Assembly: GCA_963833975.1 (NCBI GenBank)
Contig: CAWIAB010000004.1
Coordinates: 434,586 to 498,585 of the forward strand
Source of the DNA: an uncultured Actinomycetota bacterium
GTDB lineage: Bacteria; Actinomycetota; Actinomycetes; Propionibacteriales; Nocardioidaceae
Reading direction: 5' to 3'
Length of the DNA: 64,000 nt
Within the stretch, counting starts at the first letter, position 1. The number at the start of each line of letters is the position of its first letter. The notes under the pieces were generated by a model. The model did not search any database, was not told the origin of the DNA, and saw nothing but the letters and a program-made list of their open reading frames with translations. Below, in pieces: positions 1 to 10,952 of this stretch. The position numbers and the translations under genes are program-made.

Positions 1-735
1 ACCCCCGATGCCGCCTCCTGGGCGTCATCGGCAGCCTTCGCCGGGTCCGCCGCCAGGATCGCCGCAGCGACAATGATCTTCAACCGCCGCCACGTCAACC
101 CCCCGGCCAGGTCCGCGATCCGCGCATCCACCGCCGCCGCAGCCTCCACGCGTCAGCGGCCGGGCCTCTTGCACGATCCGGCGGGCCAACCACACCTCCA
201 CCCACCCGTCCTGGACCCGTCGCCACAACAGCGGGAACCGGTGCCGCAGATCCAGCCCATCCCCGATCAGCGACTTCGCCGCACCATCCGTCCTCCCGAG
301 CACCGCACCCAGCTCGGCCGGTGCGAACTCCGCCACCTCCGGCGTCCCATCCCCACCCAGCCGCACCAGCCGCTCCCGACCCCTCCCGGTCGCACCCGGA
401 CGAGCCAGCACCGCATGCAGGTCCGCCCAATGCAGAGCCAGCCACAGCTGCTTGGCCTGCACCCGCCGCTCCGCCTGCTTCGTGCCGGCCGCCTCCGCGA
501 GAGTTCCATCGGCATCCAGCCCGTCCAGCCGGGACTGCTCAAGCGACGCCTCGAAGTCCGCCATCGCATGCGCCGCCACCTCATGGATGGGCACCAAGTC
601 GTTGTCGTCTGGCGCCTCCGGGTCGCCCTCATCGAGTTCGTCGACATCGATGATGTCGTCGTCGGCCGGAGGCACCGGCGGCACGAAATCCGCCCACACC
701 TCCGCCTCATCCGACGGATCCATCATCTCGAACAT
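1..735 (-). pseudogene. DUF222 / HNH-endonuclease-family protein (13E12-repeat-like), N-terminal part, frameshifted, runs off the left edge
   Basis: ORF 25..777 (-); likely ATG at 735 (MFEMMDPSDEAEVW). The middle (LWLALHWADLH...APAELGAVLGRTDGAAKSLIGDGLDLRHRFPLLWRRVQDGWVEVWLARRIV) resembles actinobacterial DUF222 proteins from memory. After ...QEARPLT (about nt 148) the listed frame becomes Gly/Cys/Arg junk. The next frame reads EAAAAVDARIADLAGGLTWRRLKIIVAAAILAADPAKAADDAQEAASG to the window edge, implying a 1-nt insertion. Confidence 0.55.
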
Positions 736-938
736 GTGCACTAATCTACTACCGCTCACCGACACTCCCCTGCCCATACCCCGTTATCCACAACGCGGTT
801 GCACCACTTCACTTCGGCGGCGGCATCGCGGATACCGAAGACGTGCTGTGACTACTGGCCCCCCTTTGCCGGGAAGGGTCCGGCCAATAGCGAGTCCTAG
901 GATGAACTCCAGTGCGCATCGACGGGAGACGACGAGAC

Positions 939-1238
939 ATGGTGATGGTGGGGGTGTTGGCTCAGTTCGAGTTCAAGGCCGGCGAGGAGGCGGGCGCTCG
1001 AGAGTTCTTCGACAATGGCCGGCTCATCGTCGAGGAGCAGCCGGCCACGACCGTGTGGTACGCCTTCAGATCGGGGCCTACGACGTACGGCGCGTTCGCC
1101 GTCTTCTCGGATGAGGCAGATCGAGACGCACTGCTCTCCGCCGGTGGGCCGAAGTCAGCACGCACGAACGCCGACCTGTTCGAGCGACCACCGACCTTCG
1201 AGAAGGTTGAGATCGTCGCCGCCCGAGACAAGGGCTGA
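939..1238 (+). CDS. antibiotic-biosynthesis-monooxygenase (ABM) fold protein, YgiN-like
   Basis: ORF 912..1238; preferred ATG at 939 downstream of GGGAGA. About 100 aa. The pattern VGVLAQFEFKAGEEAGAREFF...VWYAF...YGAFAVFSDEADRDA is typical of ABM-domain proteins. Confidence 0.6.
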   Translation: MVMVGVLAQFEFKAGEEAGAREFFDNGRLIVEEQPATTVWYAFRSGPTTYGAFAVFSDEADRDALLSAGGPKSARTNADLFERPPTFEKVEIVAARDKG

Positions 1239-1254
1239 CTCGGTCGGCGTCGGC

Positions 1255-2169
1255 TCAGAAGAGGGCGGCAGTGAGTGCTCGCCTGGCCTTGCCGACACGC
1301 GCGTCGGCATCGCCGACGACCGAGAACAGGTCTAGGAGATGCTTGCGCGCGGCGTCGCGATCGCCCTCGCTGGTGCGTCGGATCAGGTCGATCATCCGGG
1401 CGAAGGCGTCGTCGACATGACCACCGAGCAGGTCGAGGTCGGCTACCAGGCTCTGTGCCGCCACGTCATCAGGCGTGGCCGCTGCGGCGGCGCGGGCCGC
1501 TGCCTGGTCGACGCCGATGGTGCGCTTCAGCATCTTCGCCCTGGCCAGTCCCTCCTGCGCCTCGGCGTCGCCTGGAAGCTTCGCGAGCTCCGCCTCGTAC
1601 TGGGCGATCGCCTCGTCCAGGTCACCGCGAAGCAGGGCATCCTCGGCGGCCGGGAACCTGGCTGGCGGCTCCTCGGGCGCGGCTTGGTCGACGGCGGGCG
1701 CGACCGGCTCCGCCGTACCCGTGATGCCGTTGGCCGCCGCGGCCTGCAGGATCTGCTGGATCACTGCCCGCATCTCTGCTTCGGGCAGCACCTCCTGGAA
1801 GAGCGGCGCCAGCTGACCTCGCAACGCGGCCGCCACGAGCGGAACGCTCGGGATCCCGATGGCCGCCACCAGAGTGGCGTTCGCCTGCGCATCCAGGGTG
1901 GCCAGCAGAAACCGACCGCCGAACTCAGTGGCGAGCTTCGTCAGAGTCTCGTTGATCTGAACTGACTCGGGGACGTCCGGTGACCAGACGCTGAGCAGCA
2001 CGACCACCGACATGGAGCGCTCGACGACATCGATGCTGAGCGACTCCTCGCCCGTGACCTCCACCACGAACGTCCCGCCGCCGCCACCGCCCGCGCCGGG
2101 ACGCGCCTGGGTGGGGCGGAACGCGGACAGGTCGACCGCGCCCGGCCTCGAGAACTGCGGAGTCGTCAT
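1255..2169 (-). CDS. thioredoxin-domain plus TPR co-chaperone (YbbN/CnoX-like)
   Basis: Intact 304-aa ORF. It has an N-terminal thioredoxin-like region without a CxxC motif and a C-terminal TPR-like region (LLRGDLDEAIAQYEAELAKLPGDAEAQEGLARA...). Its ATG overlaps the stop of the upstream gene (ATGA at 2166-2169). Confidence 0.8.
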   Translation of the reverse strand: MTTPQFSRPGAVDLSAFRPTQARPGAGGGGGGTFVVEVTGEESLSIDVVERSMSVVVLLSVWSPDVPESVQINETLTKLATEFGGRFLLATLDAQANATLVAAIGIPSVPLVAAALRGQLAPLFQEVLPEAEMRAVIQQILQAAAANGITGTAEPVAPAVDQAAPEEPPARFPAAEDALLRGDLDEAIAQYEAELAKLPGDAEAQEGLARAKMLKRTIGVDQAAARAAAAATPDDVAAQSLVADLDLLGGHVDDAFARMIDLIRRTSEGDRDAARKHLLDLFSVVGDADARVGKARRALTAALF

Positions 2170-4128
2170 GGCTTCATCTTAGTGTTCGCTTTCCGTCGGG
2201 TCGGCGGCGTGCCGCGAACGGGTCGGTAGTGGTCGAAGGTGCACTCGAGCACCGCTTCACCGCGAGTAAGCGCTGGGAGCCTTTCCTGCAGCTTCGGCAC
2301 GGCGGTTGCGGGGATCTCGCCCGCCAGCCGGTACGAGGAACCTCTCAGCTCCGGCGTTCCTGGCACCGCTCGCAGCAGGGAGAGGACGGGCAGCACAGGT
2401 CCCAGCGCCTGGTGGGGAATCTCCAGCTGGAAACGGTGGATCGGCTCACACACGCAGGTCCCGGCCCGCTTCAGGGCCGCCGCGACAACCAGTCGTCGTC
2501 ACAGCGCGGAAGTCGTCGGCCGTGCTCGACATCGCCTTGTCGAAGTGGGCGTGGGTATGGCTCTGGCGGGCGGCATAGCCGGAGCTCACGATCGTCACCC
2601 GGCAGTCGATGACCTGCCATCCGTAGCGACCGGAGCGTAGTGCCAGCGGGATGGTCTCCTCGATGGCCGTGAGAAACGCGCGCGTGAGTGCCCCTCGCTC
2701 GATCTCGAGCTGCACGGTGATCCCTGAACCCTCAGCCGCCGGCTCGACCCGGAGCCCAACGCCGGCGAGGTATGGCCGCTCTGGCGTGCGCCCGCTCGGC
2801 AGCAGCTCGATGGCCGTACCGGAACCGACCGGCCGCTCGACGCAGATCGTCGTCGACTCGAGGAAGTCGACCTGTACATCGAAGTCCTCGGCCAGCGTGT
2901 CGCGGATGACCTCCTTCTGCACCTCGCCGTACAGGGAGACGATCGTCTCGCCCGAACCCTCGATCTCACGGAGGTTGATCAGCGGGTCTTGTTCCGCGAG
3001 CTGCGTGAGCGCGAGATGGAGGCCTGCCCTGTCGGCAGTGTTACGAGGGACCACCACCGTCTCCAGGGTCGGTGGAGCGAACCGATAGCCGTTCGACCCG
3101 GGCGGCGCCATCCCGATCATGTCACCGATCTGGACGTCCCCGAGGCCCCAGACCTTGCCGATCCGACCAGCCGCAAGGGTTTCACGCGGGGTCGCCGTCC
3201 CGCGCTCGAAGACGCTGATCCCGGTGACCTTGCGTCGGTGGTTCCCACCCACCAGCAGCCGGTCCCGCGTTCGCAGGGTGCCCGCGAACAAGCGCACGTA
3301 GGCGATCCGCTCTCCCGACGCGCCGCGGTCGATCTTGAAGACCGTTCCCGAGGGGTCGGCATCGACGTTGCCCTCGACGGCAGGCAGCAGGCCGGCGATA
3401 CCGGTCATCAGCGAGTCCACCCCCGCCCCGGTGATTGCCGAACCGAGGTAGACCGGATGCACCAGCGCCCGCCGAGTCTGGTCCCTCAGTTCCTCGCACA
3501 GGCGTGGGTGCGACATCGCCGGCTCGTCGCCCAGGTACGTGGCCAGGAAGGCATCGTCGTGGTCGGCGAGCAGATCGACCAGCCGGGACCTGGCGTTTCG
3601 GTCCGCTCGCGCCGTACGGCGAGAACCGCAGCGTGTCGCGAGCCGAGGCCGCTCACGGATCCCATCACGACCGGAGCCAGTCCCAGCTTGTCCACGACAT
3701 CGGAGACGACTCGCTCGTCGTTCGCGCCTCGCCGGTCGATCTTGTTCACGAACACCAGGGTGGGCACGCGCAGCCGCCGCAACGCACGCACCAGCACCCG
3801 AGTCTGGGCCTGGACGCCTTCCACAGCAGAGATGACGAGGACGGCGCCGTCGAGCACACCGAGCACCCGCTCCACCTCGGCGATGAAGTCCGGGTGCCCG
3901 GGCGTATCGATCAGGTTGACGGTCACGTCGTCGATGACGAAGGAGACGACGGCGGACTTGATCGTGATGCCGCGTCGTCGTTCCAGGACCAACGTGTCGG
4001 CCTGCGTGGTGCCGTCATCGACGCTGCCGACCTCGTCGATGACCCCGGCGGCATAGAGCAGCCGCTCGGTCAGAGCTGGTTTTACCGGCGTCTACATGCG
4101 CCAGAATCCCCAGGTTGAGCGTTCGCAT
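2166..4128 (-). pseudogene. Tet(M)/OtrA-type ribosomal-protection GTPase (EF-G family), interrupted by four 1-nt insertions
   Basis: ATG at 4128 gives MRTLNLGILAHVDAGKTS, then a frame break at about 4074 before LTERLLYAAGVIDEVGSVDDGTTQADTLVLERRRGITIK...NLIDTPGHPDFIAEV...NKIDRRGA (G1-G4 motifs). Further breaks are at about 3638, 3607 and 2493. Length 1963 nt = 653 codons + 4. Pieces appear in ORFs 3486..3992, 2446..3516 and 2166..2453. Confidence 0.8.
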
Positions 4129-4295
4129 CAAGCGTCATGTCCTTTGGATAGGCGAAAGTTCCCCTTCCTGTGCACATGAACGCTCTTCGCATGTCACTCT
4201 CCTCGCTCGATTGCCGTAAGCCGGAGAGTGCAACAGACCGGCCGCCCTGGGGGCAACCGGTTTGTTGGGTGAGGCTCAGTTCGTCGGCGTCCGGA

Positions 4296-5998
4296 TCAGA
4301 ACCGGGCGGGCTCGCGGTACTCGCCCCACTCGGCGCGCAGGGCGTCGCAGATCTCCCCCAGCGTGGCCTCGGCGCGCGCGGCATCGAGCATCGCCGGGAT
4401 CATGTTGTCGCTTGACCGCGCAGCCTCGACCATCCGGCCGAGCGCCTCGTCGACCACTGCCTGGTCGCGGACCTGACGCCGCCCGGTGAGGTCGCGCACC
4501 TGGTCGACCTCGACCTCGTGCGAGACCCGCAGGATCTCGAGGTCATGGGTCACCGAGTCGAGGTGGCAGTTGACGCCGACGACCTTCTTCTCGCCCTTCT
4601 CGAGCGCGACCTGGTACTGGAAGGCCGCCTCGGCGATCTCCGACATGAACCAGCCGTCCTCGATGCCGCGCAGGATGCCGCTCGTCATCGGGCCGATCTC
4701 GTGCTTGCGCTGGTCGCCGCCGCCCATCTCCTTGACCCGGGCGAAGATGGCCTCCGCCTCCGCCTCGAGCCGGTCGGTCAGCGCCTCGACGTACCACGAA
4801 CCGCCGAGCGGGTCGGCGACGTTGACGACGCCGGTCTCCTCCATGATCACCTGCTGGGTGCGCAGGGCGATCTCGGCCGCCTGCTCGCTGGGGAGGGCCA
4901 GCGTCTCGTCGAGGGCGTTGGTGTGCAGGGAGTTCGTGCCCCCGAGTACGGCGGCCAGCGCCTCGACCGCCGTACGCACGACGTTGTTGTACGGCTGCTG
5001 GGCGGTCAGCGAGACGCCGGCGGTCTGGGTGTGGAAGCGCAGCCACTGGGCGCGGTCGGTCTTCGCGCCGTACACGTCACGCATCCAGCGCGCCCAGATC
5101 CGCCGGGCGGCGCGGAACTTCGCGATCTCCTCGAAGAAGTCCAGGTGCGCGTCGAAGAAGAACGACAGGCCCGGCGCGAAGACGTCGACGTCCAGGCCGC
5201 GGGAGAGGCCGAGCTCGACGTACCCGAAGCCGTCGACGAGGGTGAAGGCGAGCTCCTGCGCGGCCGTCGAGCCGGCCTCGCGGATGTGGTAGCCGGAGAC
5301 GCTCAGCGGCTTGTAGTCGGGGATCTCGGCGGCGCAGTACTCCATCAGGTCGCCGATCAGCCGCAGGTGCGGCGCCGGCGGGAACAGCCACTCCTTCTGC
5401 GCGATGTACTCCTTGAAGATGTCGGTCTGCAGCGTGCCGTTGAGCTTGCCGATGTCGGCGCCCTGCCGCTCGGCCGCGACCAGGTACATGCAGAACACCG
5501 GGACGGCCGGGCCGGAGATCGTCATCGAGGTGGTGACGTCCTCGAGCGGGATGTCGCGCGAACAGCGCCTCCATGTCGACCGCGCTGTCGATCGCGACGC
5601 CGCAGTGCCCGACCTCGCCCAGCGCCTGCGGGTCGTCGCTGTCGCGGCCCATCAGGGTCGGCATGTCGAACGCGACGGAGAGCCCGCCGCCGCCGCGACC
5701 GAGGATCATCTTGTAGCGCTCGTTGGTCTGGACGGCGTTGCCGAAGCCGGCGAACTGACGGATCGTCCAGCTGCGCCCGCGGTAGCCGGTGGGGTAGAGG
5801 CCTCGGGTGAACGGGTACTCGCCCGGCCAGCCGATGCGCTCGAAGTCGGGCCGGGTCTCGCCTGGCTCGGGACCGTAGACCGGGTCGACCTCGACCCCGG
5901 ACAGCGTGGTGAAGTCGATGTCACGGACCCGAGAGGCCGCGTAGCGCTGTTCCCAGCGCCGGCGGCCGGCCTCGATGTCGTCGTCCGATGTCAGCCAT
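4296..5998 (-). pseudogene. icmA: isobutyryl-CoA-mutase-type acyl-CoA mutase large (catalytic) subunit without B12 domain, two 1-nt insertions
   Basis: ORF 4296..5525 plus ORF 5077..5709 and upstream frame. Sequence: MADI|DDDIEAGRRRWEQRY...GWPGEYPFTRGLYPTGYRGRSWTIRQFAGFGN...LSVAFDMPTLMG...MEALF|DIPLEDVTTSMTISGPAVPVFCMY...EWGEYREPARF. Breaks are at about 5986 and 5558. 1703 nt = 567 codons + 2, matching the roughly 566-aa IcmA size I recall. Subfamily (Icm versus Hcm or other) is not resolvable here. Confidence 0.8.
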
Positions 5999-6029
5999 GG
6001 TCGCCTCCGCAGTGCTCACTGTCTGGGCA

Positions 6030-6053
6030 AACTAGTTGGACGTCCAACTAGTT
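6030..6053. promoter_or_regulatory. perfect 24-bp palindrome AACTAGTTGGACGTCCAACTAGTT, candidate operator upstream of the icmA-like gene
   Basis: Read directly: three nested 8-bp palindromes (AACTAGTT, GGACGTCC, AACTAGTT). It is AT-richer than its surroundings and lies 32 nt upstream of the ATG at 5998, in a 260-bp intergenic gap. Confidence 0.5.
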
Positions 6054-6258
6054 GGCTCAAGGGTAGCCCGGCATTGCTCTTCGCGCCGAATCCATCGACA
6101 CGTCACACCAGACCGACCGAGAAGCGCACCGGGACCAAAGGCGAGATGTGAGGCGGACTGGAGCCGCGTCGTCGTCGCTGCGGTTGCAGTGAGGGAACCA
6201 CAGCCGAACCGCAGCCGAGAACTCTGGACCGTGGCATAACCCCAGCCGGCAGAGACCG

Positions 6259-6765
6259 CTACTCGGTGAAGTCTCCGGCGGCCAGCCGGACCGGGCGCAG
6301 GACGTCGAAGATCGCCTCGAGCTCGGCCGAGCCGAGGCTGCCCAGCCCGAAGTCGGCCTCGACGAGAGCCTTGGTCGCGTCGGCGACCCGCTCGCGGCCG
6401 AGGTCCGTGATCTCGGCGAGCACGGTACGACGATCCGTCGGGTGGTTGCGTCGGGTGACGAGCGACGCCGCCTCGAGCCGCCGGATGATCGACGTGACCG
6501 ACGTCGGATGCACCTGGAGGCGCTCCCCCATCTTGCCCAGCGGGAGCGACCCGCGGCGGGAGAACGTCAGCAGCACCAACGCCTCATACCGGGCAAACGT
6601 CAGACCATGCTCACGCAACGTCTCGTCGAGCTCGTTCAGCACGAGCTGTTGCACGCGCATCAGGCTGGTCACGGCGCGCATCCCGTCGACCGCATCCCAT
6701 CGGGTCGACCAGTGGCGCGCTGCCTCCTCGATGGGGTCGAACGGCAGCGGCTCGTGACGAGCCAT
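6259..6765 (-). CDS. MarR family transcriptional regulator
   Basis: Intact 168-aa ORF with a winged-helix region (LTFARYEALVLLTF...LPLGKMGERLQVHPTSVTSIIRRLEAASLVTRRNHPTDRRTVLAEITDLG). Confidence 0.85.
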   Translation of the reverse strand: MARHEPLPFDPIEEAARHWSTRWDAVDGMRAVTSLMRVQQLVLNELDETLREHGLTFARYEALVLLTFSRRGSLPLGKMGERLQVHPTSVTSIIRRLEAASLVTRRNHPTDRRTVLAEITDLGRERVADATKALVEADFGLGSLGSAELEAIFDVLRPVRLAAGDFTE

Positions 6766-6785
6766 GATCTGACCCTAGCGGTCGG

Positions 6786-7805
6786 TCAGGGCACCAGTTC
6801 GATGACCGCGTGAGCCAGCGACCGGACCATCGACTCGTGCGACGGCGGTTTCCTCGTCGACGACCACGACGCGCCGGAACCCAGTCGGCCCGGCACCCCA
6901 CGGTGCACCGTGAAGCGCCAGCTCCCCGTCTCATCCACGGCCAGGATCGCGCGCAGGTCACCGTATGGGGTCTCCAGCGTGGCCGCAGCGTCCCGCCGGA
7001 TCTGGCTGGCCATGTGTTCGACCCGCGCGGCCAGCCAGTCGGGGAGGGCCATCCCGTGGTGGAGCTCGGGCGAGACCGCCAGCGCCTCCAGACGGGGGTC
7101 CGAGACGAGCTCCGCGACGAGGCTCGAGCTTCCGCCGACGTAGGTCCACGCCAGGTCGATATCGGTCGCCAAACACCAGGAGTGGTCGCTCGGCCACCAC
7201 AGGTTCGGAGTCTGATGCTTGCTCTCCATGAGCGCCAGGGCGTCACCCGGGCCGCCGGAGTAGAGGAAGTACTCGCGGCCCGGCAGCTCGGCCGTCGGTC
7301 CGGCCCGAACGTCTGTCGGCACCGGGTCTCCTAGCATGGCCAGCACCTCTTCGCGCTCGGGTGCATCAGCACCGGGGCTGGCGGACAAAGCCGAGAGCTC
7401 GGCCGCCGACGTCTCCCAGCCGAAGCCATGCCACACCCCGAAAGACCACGGCAGGCGACCGCCTTCACTCGCGAACAGGATCTCGCCGAGCGCGGCTGCG
7501 TACGCCGGACTCAGCGTCCCCTCCTCGGGGCCGGTGTCCCAGGGCAGCGGCGCGACCGGCAGCCGCTCCGGCAGCGCGATCTCCGGGAACTGGGCGTCGG
7601 GCCTCAGTGGAAGCCCGCTCCAGGCGGCAACCTCGGACCAGCGCACGGGAACCGGCTCATCGCCCACCGTCCGCGACGCCGGGTGGAAGATCCGGGCGTA
7701 CGCCTCGAAGCCCCCTGGGACGACAGACGTCGCAATCCCGGAGTCGAGCGGCGACAAGCGAGTACGGATCCAGTCCACTTGTCCCACGTCGCCACTCCAC
7801 TCCAT
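6786..7805 (-). CDS. hypothetical protein (339 aa), co-oriented between the ABC permease and MarR genes
   Basis: Intact ORF with coding-like composition and no family I can name with confidence. Internal motif WWPSDHSWCLATDIDLAWTYVGGSSSLVAEL. Confidence 0.55.
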   Translation of the reverse strand: MEWSGDVGQVDWIRTRLSPLDSGIATSVVPGGFEAYARIFHPASRTVGDEPVPVRWSEVAAWSGLPLRPDAQFPEIALPERLPVAPLPWDTGPEEGTLSPAYAAALGEILFASEGGRLPWSFGVWHGFGWETSAAELSALSASPGADAPEREEVLAMLGDPVPTDVRAGPTAELPGREYFLYSGGPGDALALMESKHQTPNLWWPSDHSWCLATDIDLAWTYVGGSSSLVAELVSDPRLEALAVSPELHHGMALPDWLAARVEHMASQIRRDAAATLETPYGDLRAILAVDETGSWRFTVHRGVPGRLGSGASWSSTRKPPSHESMVRSLAHAVIELVP

Positions 7806-7818
7806 GCCGACCAGCGTC

Positions 7819-10800
7819 CTATCGGGCGTTCTCGCGGAGACTGGCGGTTCGGGCTCCCCGGACGGTCAGCCCCGCCACCGTGACCGCGACCACCAGCAGG
7901 GCCGCCGTCACCAGCACCAACAGGCCGGTGACGCTGCCCAGGTTGAGTGACGGCAGCAGTCGCGGGGTGTGCTCCGTGTCGGCATACCCCAGCGTGACGG
8001 TGCGCACAACGACATACTGCGCCAGTGAGCCCGCCGCGACTCCGGCCAGTGCAGCGGCTCCGAGCACGACGACGAACTCGGCGACCACGGCCGCGATGAT
8101 CGAACGCCGACGCAGACCCACAACACGCAGCGATGCTGCGTCCCGCCGCCGGGCCGGCATCTGTACGGCGAGGTTGGCGCCGAGGCCCGCCAGCGCGAGC
8201 AGGATCACGATGACCGTGACGACGAGGTAGAGGTTCAGCGCCAGCGCGAAGGCGTCCTGGTCGAGCAGGCCGCGAGTCGTCGACAGCTGTCTGCGGACGG
8301 CTGATTCCGTTGTCCGCAAGGGCAGCTGACCACGGAGCTCGGGGTGTCGGAGCGGGCCAGGATCGTCACGAACGTGATCGAGTCGTCGATCGTCCACGTC
8401 GCGCGAGAGCATCGTGTAGTCGATCAGCATCCCGGCAGGGCCGAGCACCGGCATCGACTCGGCGGTCGCGACCGGATGGACGTCGAGTGTCGCGAACGCA
8501 CCCTGCAGACGGAGGTCATCGCCGGTCGCGCCGGACCACCTTGGGATGGGCGTCCGCCCGATGACCACCGGTCGGACGGCCGGAACGTCGCCGGGCGTGA
8601 TGGCCGCGAACGAGTCGGAGCTCTTGGCGTCGAACCTCACCACGAGACCGTCACCGCTCACCCGCGGCACCCCGGCCACGCCGACCGGCGTGTTGAGCAG
8701 CGGCGTGGCGACCCGCCAGGACTGGTCGATCGCCGCCGGGACGGCGGTTCCGTCGACGTCGAACGCGGTCACCGTGGCCTGCCCGTGCATCGCCTCGCGG
8801 TAGCCGCCGGGACCGCCGAAGGCCAGCTGCGTCACCAGACAGCCGGCCGTGCAGCCGGGCAGCCGGGCCGAGACCGTCGAGACCCCCTGGGCGAAGGGCC
8901 GACCACGACACTGGTCCTCGGCCCGTTCGCGCTGCACGATCGCCAGGGTCGCGGCGAGCTCCGGCGGAGTCGCCCGTGACCGGGTTGTCGATCGTGAGCG
9001 ACACCCGCGACCCGGTGAGCTCGAACGCTCTGTCGGTGCACCGACAGCTCGGCTGCGAGATGTCGGCCGCCGACGAGCCCGGCGTCCAGCTGTTCGGCCA
9101 TAGGCCGACCCGAGGCAGCCGCGGGGTGTCCATGATCAGCGTCTGGTTGTCCGCCGTCGTACTCGGCGCCGATCGCCATCAGCCACCTGCCGTCCGGGTC
9201 GATCTGGTGGGTCAGGGCGACGGCCTGGTCCATGCTGAGCTGGGTGCTGTAGGAGACGTCGGCTCCGACCAGCGTCGCCGCGTCGCTCGCCCGCCAGTCG
9301 GCGGCGGCCGTGAAGACGCCGGCCGCGAACACCGAGACCGCGAGCGCCGCGGTGAGCGGCAGGATCACCAGCGTGCCCTCGCGTCGCCGCGAGATCGTCC
9401 GCGACGCGAGGTAGGCGAAGACGCCGCGTCGCTCGCCGGTCCAGCGCGGCCCAGGAGCGGGCGAGCGCCTGCGCCGCGAAGGTGGTGATGAGCCCGGCGG
9501 CGACGGCGAGCAGGATCGGCAGGGCGAGGTCGGTGGCGTCCGGGCTCGACTTCTTCGACGACGCCAGCGTGGCCACCAGGACGGTCAGAGCGCGCGCGCG
9601 ACCAGGACGAGCTGCAGCAGCAGGCCCCAGCGGCCGGACCGGCCGGGCCGCCGTACCCCGGCGATCTGGGCGCTCAGCGGCTCGCTGACGGAGTCTCGCA
9701 CGACGAACGCCGCCACCACGAGGGTCGCGACGACGACCGCCGAGCATGGCCAGCAGACTGGCGGGCCCGAGCGGCATCGGCAGCCCCGGGACGAGCCAGA
9801 CGCCGGCCAGCGCCCGAGCGCTCAGGTAACCCGCCGACGATGCCGATCGGGGTGGCGATGGCCAGCATGAGGACCGGCTCCAGCAGCCCGAGCACCCACA
9901 TCTGCCGGCGGGAGAAGCCGCGGAGCGACGCGAGCGCGAGCTCCGGACCGCCGGAGCTCCATGGCTGCCGACAGCAGCCGGAGCAGCAGCACGAGCGCGA
10001 CCAGGATGACCGAGACCACAGCCGGAGCGACGGTGCTGCGCGCGGTCGCGCGCCGCTCCTGCACCTCGCTCTGGCGACGCCAACAGCGCGTTCCCGAACT
10101 CGGGGGTGAGCGTCCCCGGCCGGAGCGGCCGGGAACCGCCTGCTGGTCCGCCTCGAGGGCAGCGACCGCTCCGGTCGCCCGCTGCAGGTCCGCGAGCGTC
10201 GTCTCCGGGGTGACGGTCGAGCCGCCGGGTCGCCCGGACGAACCACGAGCCCCGTGGCCATCGTCTGGAACGTCTCGGGAGTGACGAGCAGCGGGGCGGG
10301 ATGGTACGGCGCCGAGCGCGTCTCCACTGCCACTTGGTTGCGGCGGCACGCTCTCGAGGTCGCTGCAGGTTGAACCAGTAAGTTCTCGTCGGTCGCGCGC
10401 GGTGCGTAGGTCCCCACGATGGTGATCGGGCGTGTGCAGGCCCTCGAGCTTGACCGACTGACCGATCTTGAGCGGTGCGTATGTGCTGTCCTGCTTGAGG
10501 ATCAGCGCCTCGCCGACCTTGCTCGGGCATCGACCGACCAGGTGGACGTGGGCGCACTGGCCGGGGGCCGAGACCAGGTTGGCGGCACCGTCGTGTCCGG
10601 GGAAGCCGTTGAACCGTTGGCTCCAAGTGGCGATCGTCGCCGGGGCGAACTGGTCGTTCAGCTCGCGGTCAGCCAGACTCCGGGCCGAGGACAGCTGCTC
10701 GGCGTAGGTGTCCTCCGGATCGAGGGTCGGCCGGTAGTCGAAGACGACACCCGTCAGGAAGTTCGGCTCCGACTGGAGCTTGGTCACCAGGTAGGACGAC

Positions 10801-10952
10801 GCGGCCCCGGCCTGGTACATCGGACCGACGACCGCGGCACCGACGGAGATCGCGGCCAGCAGGATGGAACCGAGGGTGAGCAGCAACCGCGACCGGAGAC
10901 CTCGCATGCCGGTGCCGAGCAGGGACCACACGCCCGAGCCGCGGCGCGTCAC
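7819..10952 (-). pseudogene. large FtsX-domain ABC transporter permease (about 1040 aa), heavily frameshifted
   Basis: GTG at 10952 overlaps the stop of the upstream permease (GTGA). N-terminus is VTRRGSGVWSLLGTGMRGLRSRLLLTLGSILLAAISVGAAVVGP; the C-terminal FtsX TM bundle is in ORF 7819..8937. The sequence must be followed through ORFs 9822..11159, 9674..10417, 9136..10626, 8832..9368, 8651..9133 and 7819..8937. I count at least about 12 frame changes, including a compensated pair near 8383 (+1) and 8345 (-1). 3134 nt is not a multiple of 3. Confidence 0.7.

Noticed and set aside
784-792. Perfect E. coli-type DnaA box TTATCCACA
   Set aside because: It is a single isolated copy with no cluster, no dnaA/dnaN context, and the actinobacterial consensus differs (TTGTCCACA). 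It is most likely chance.
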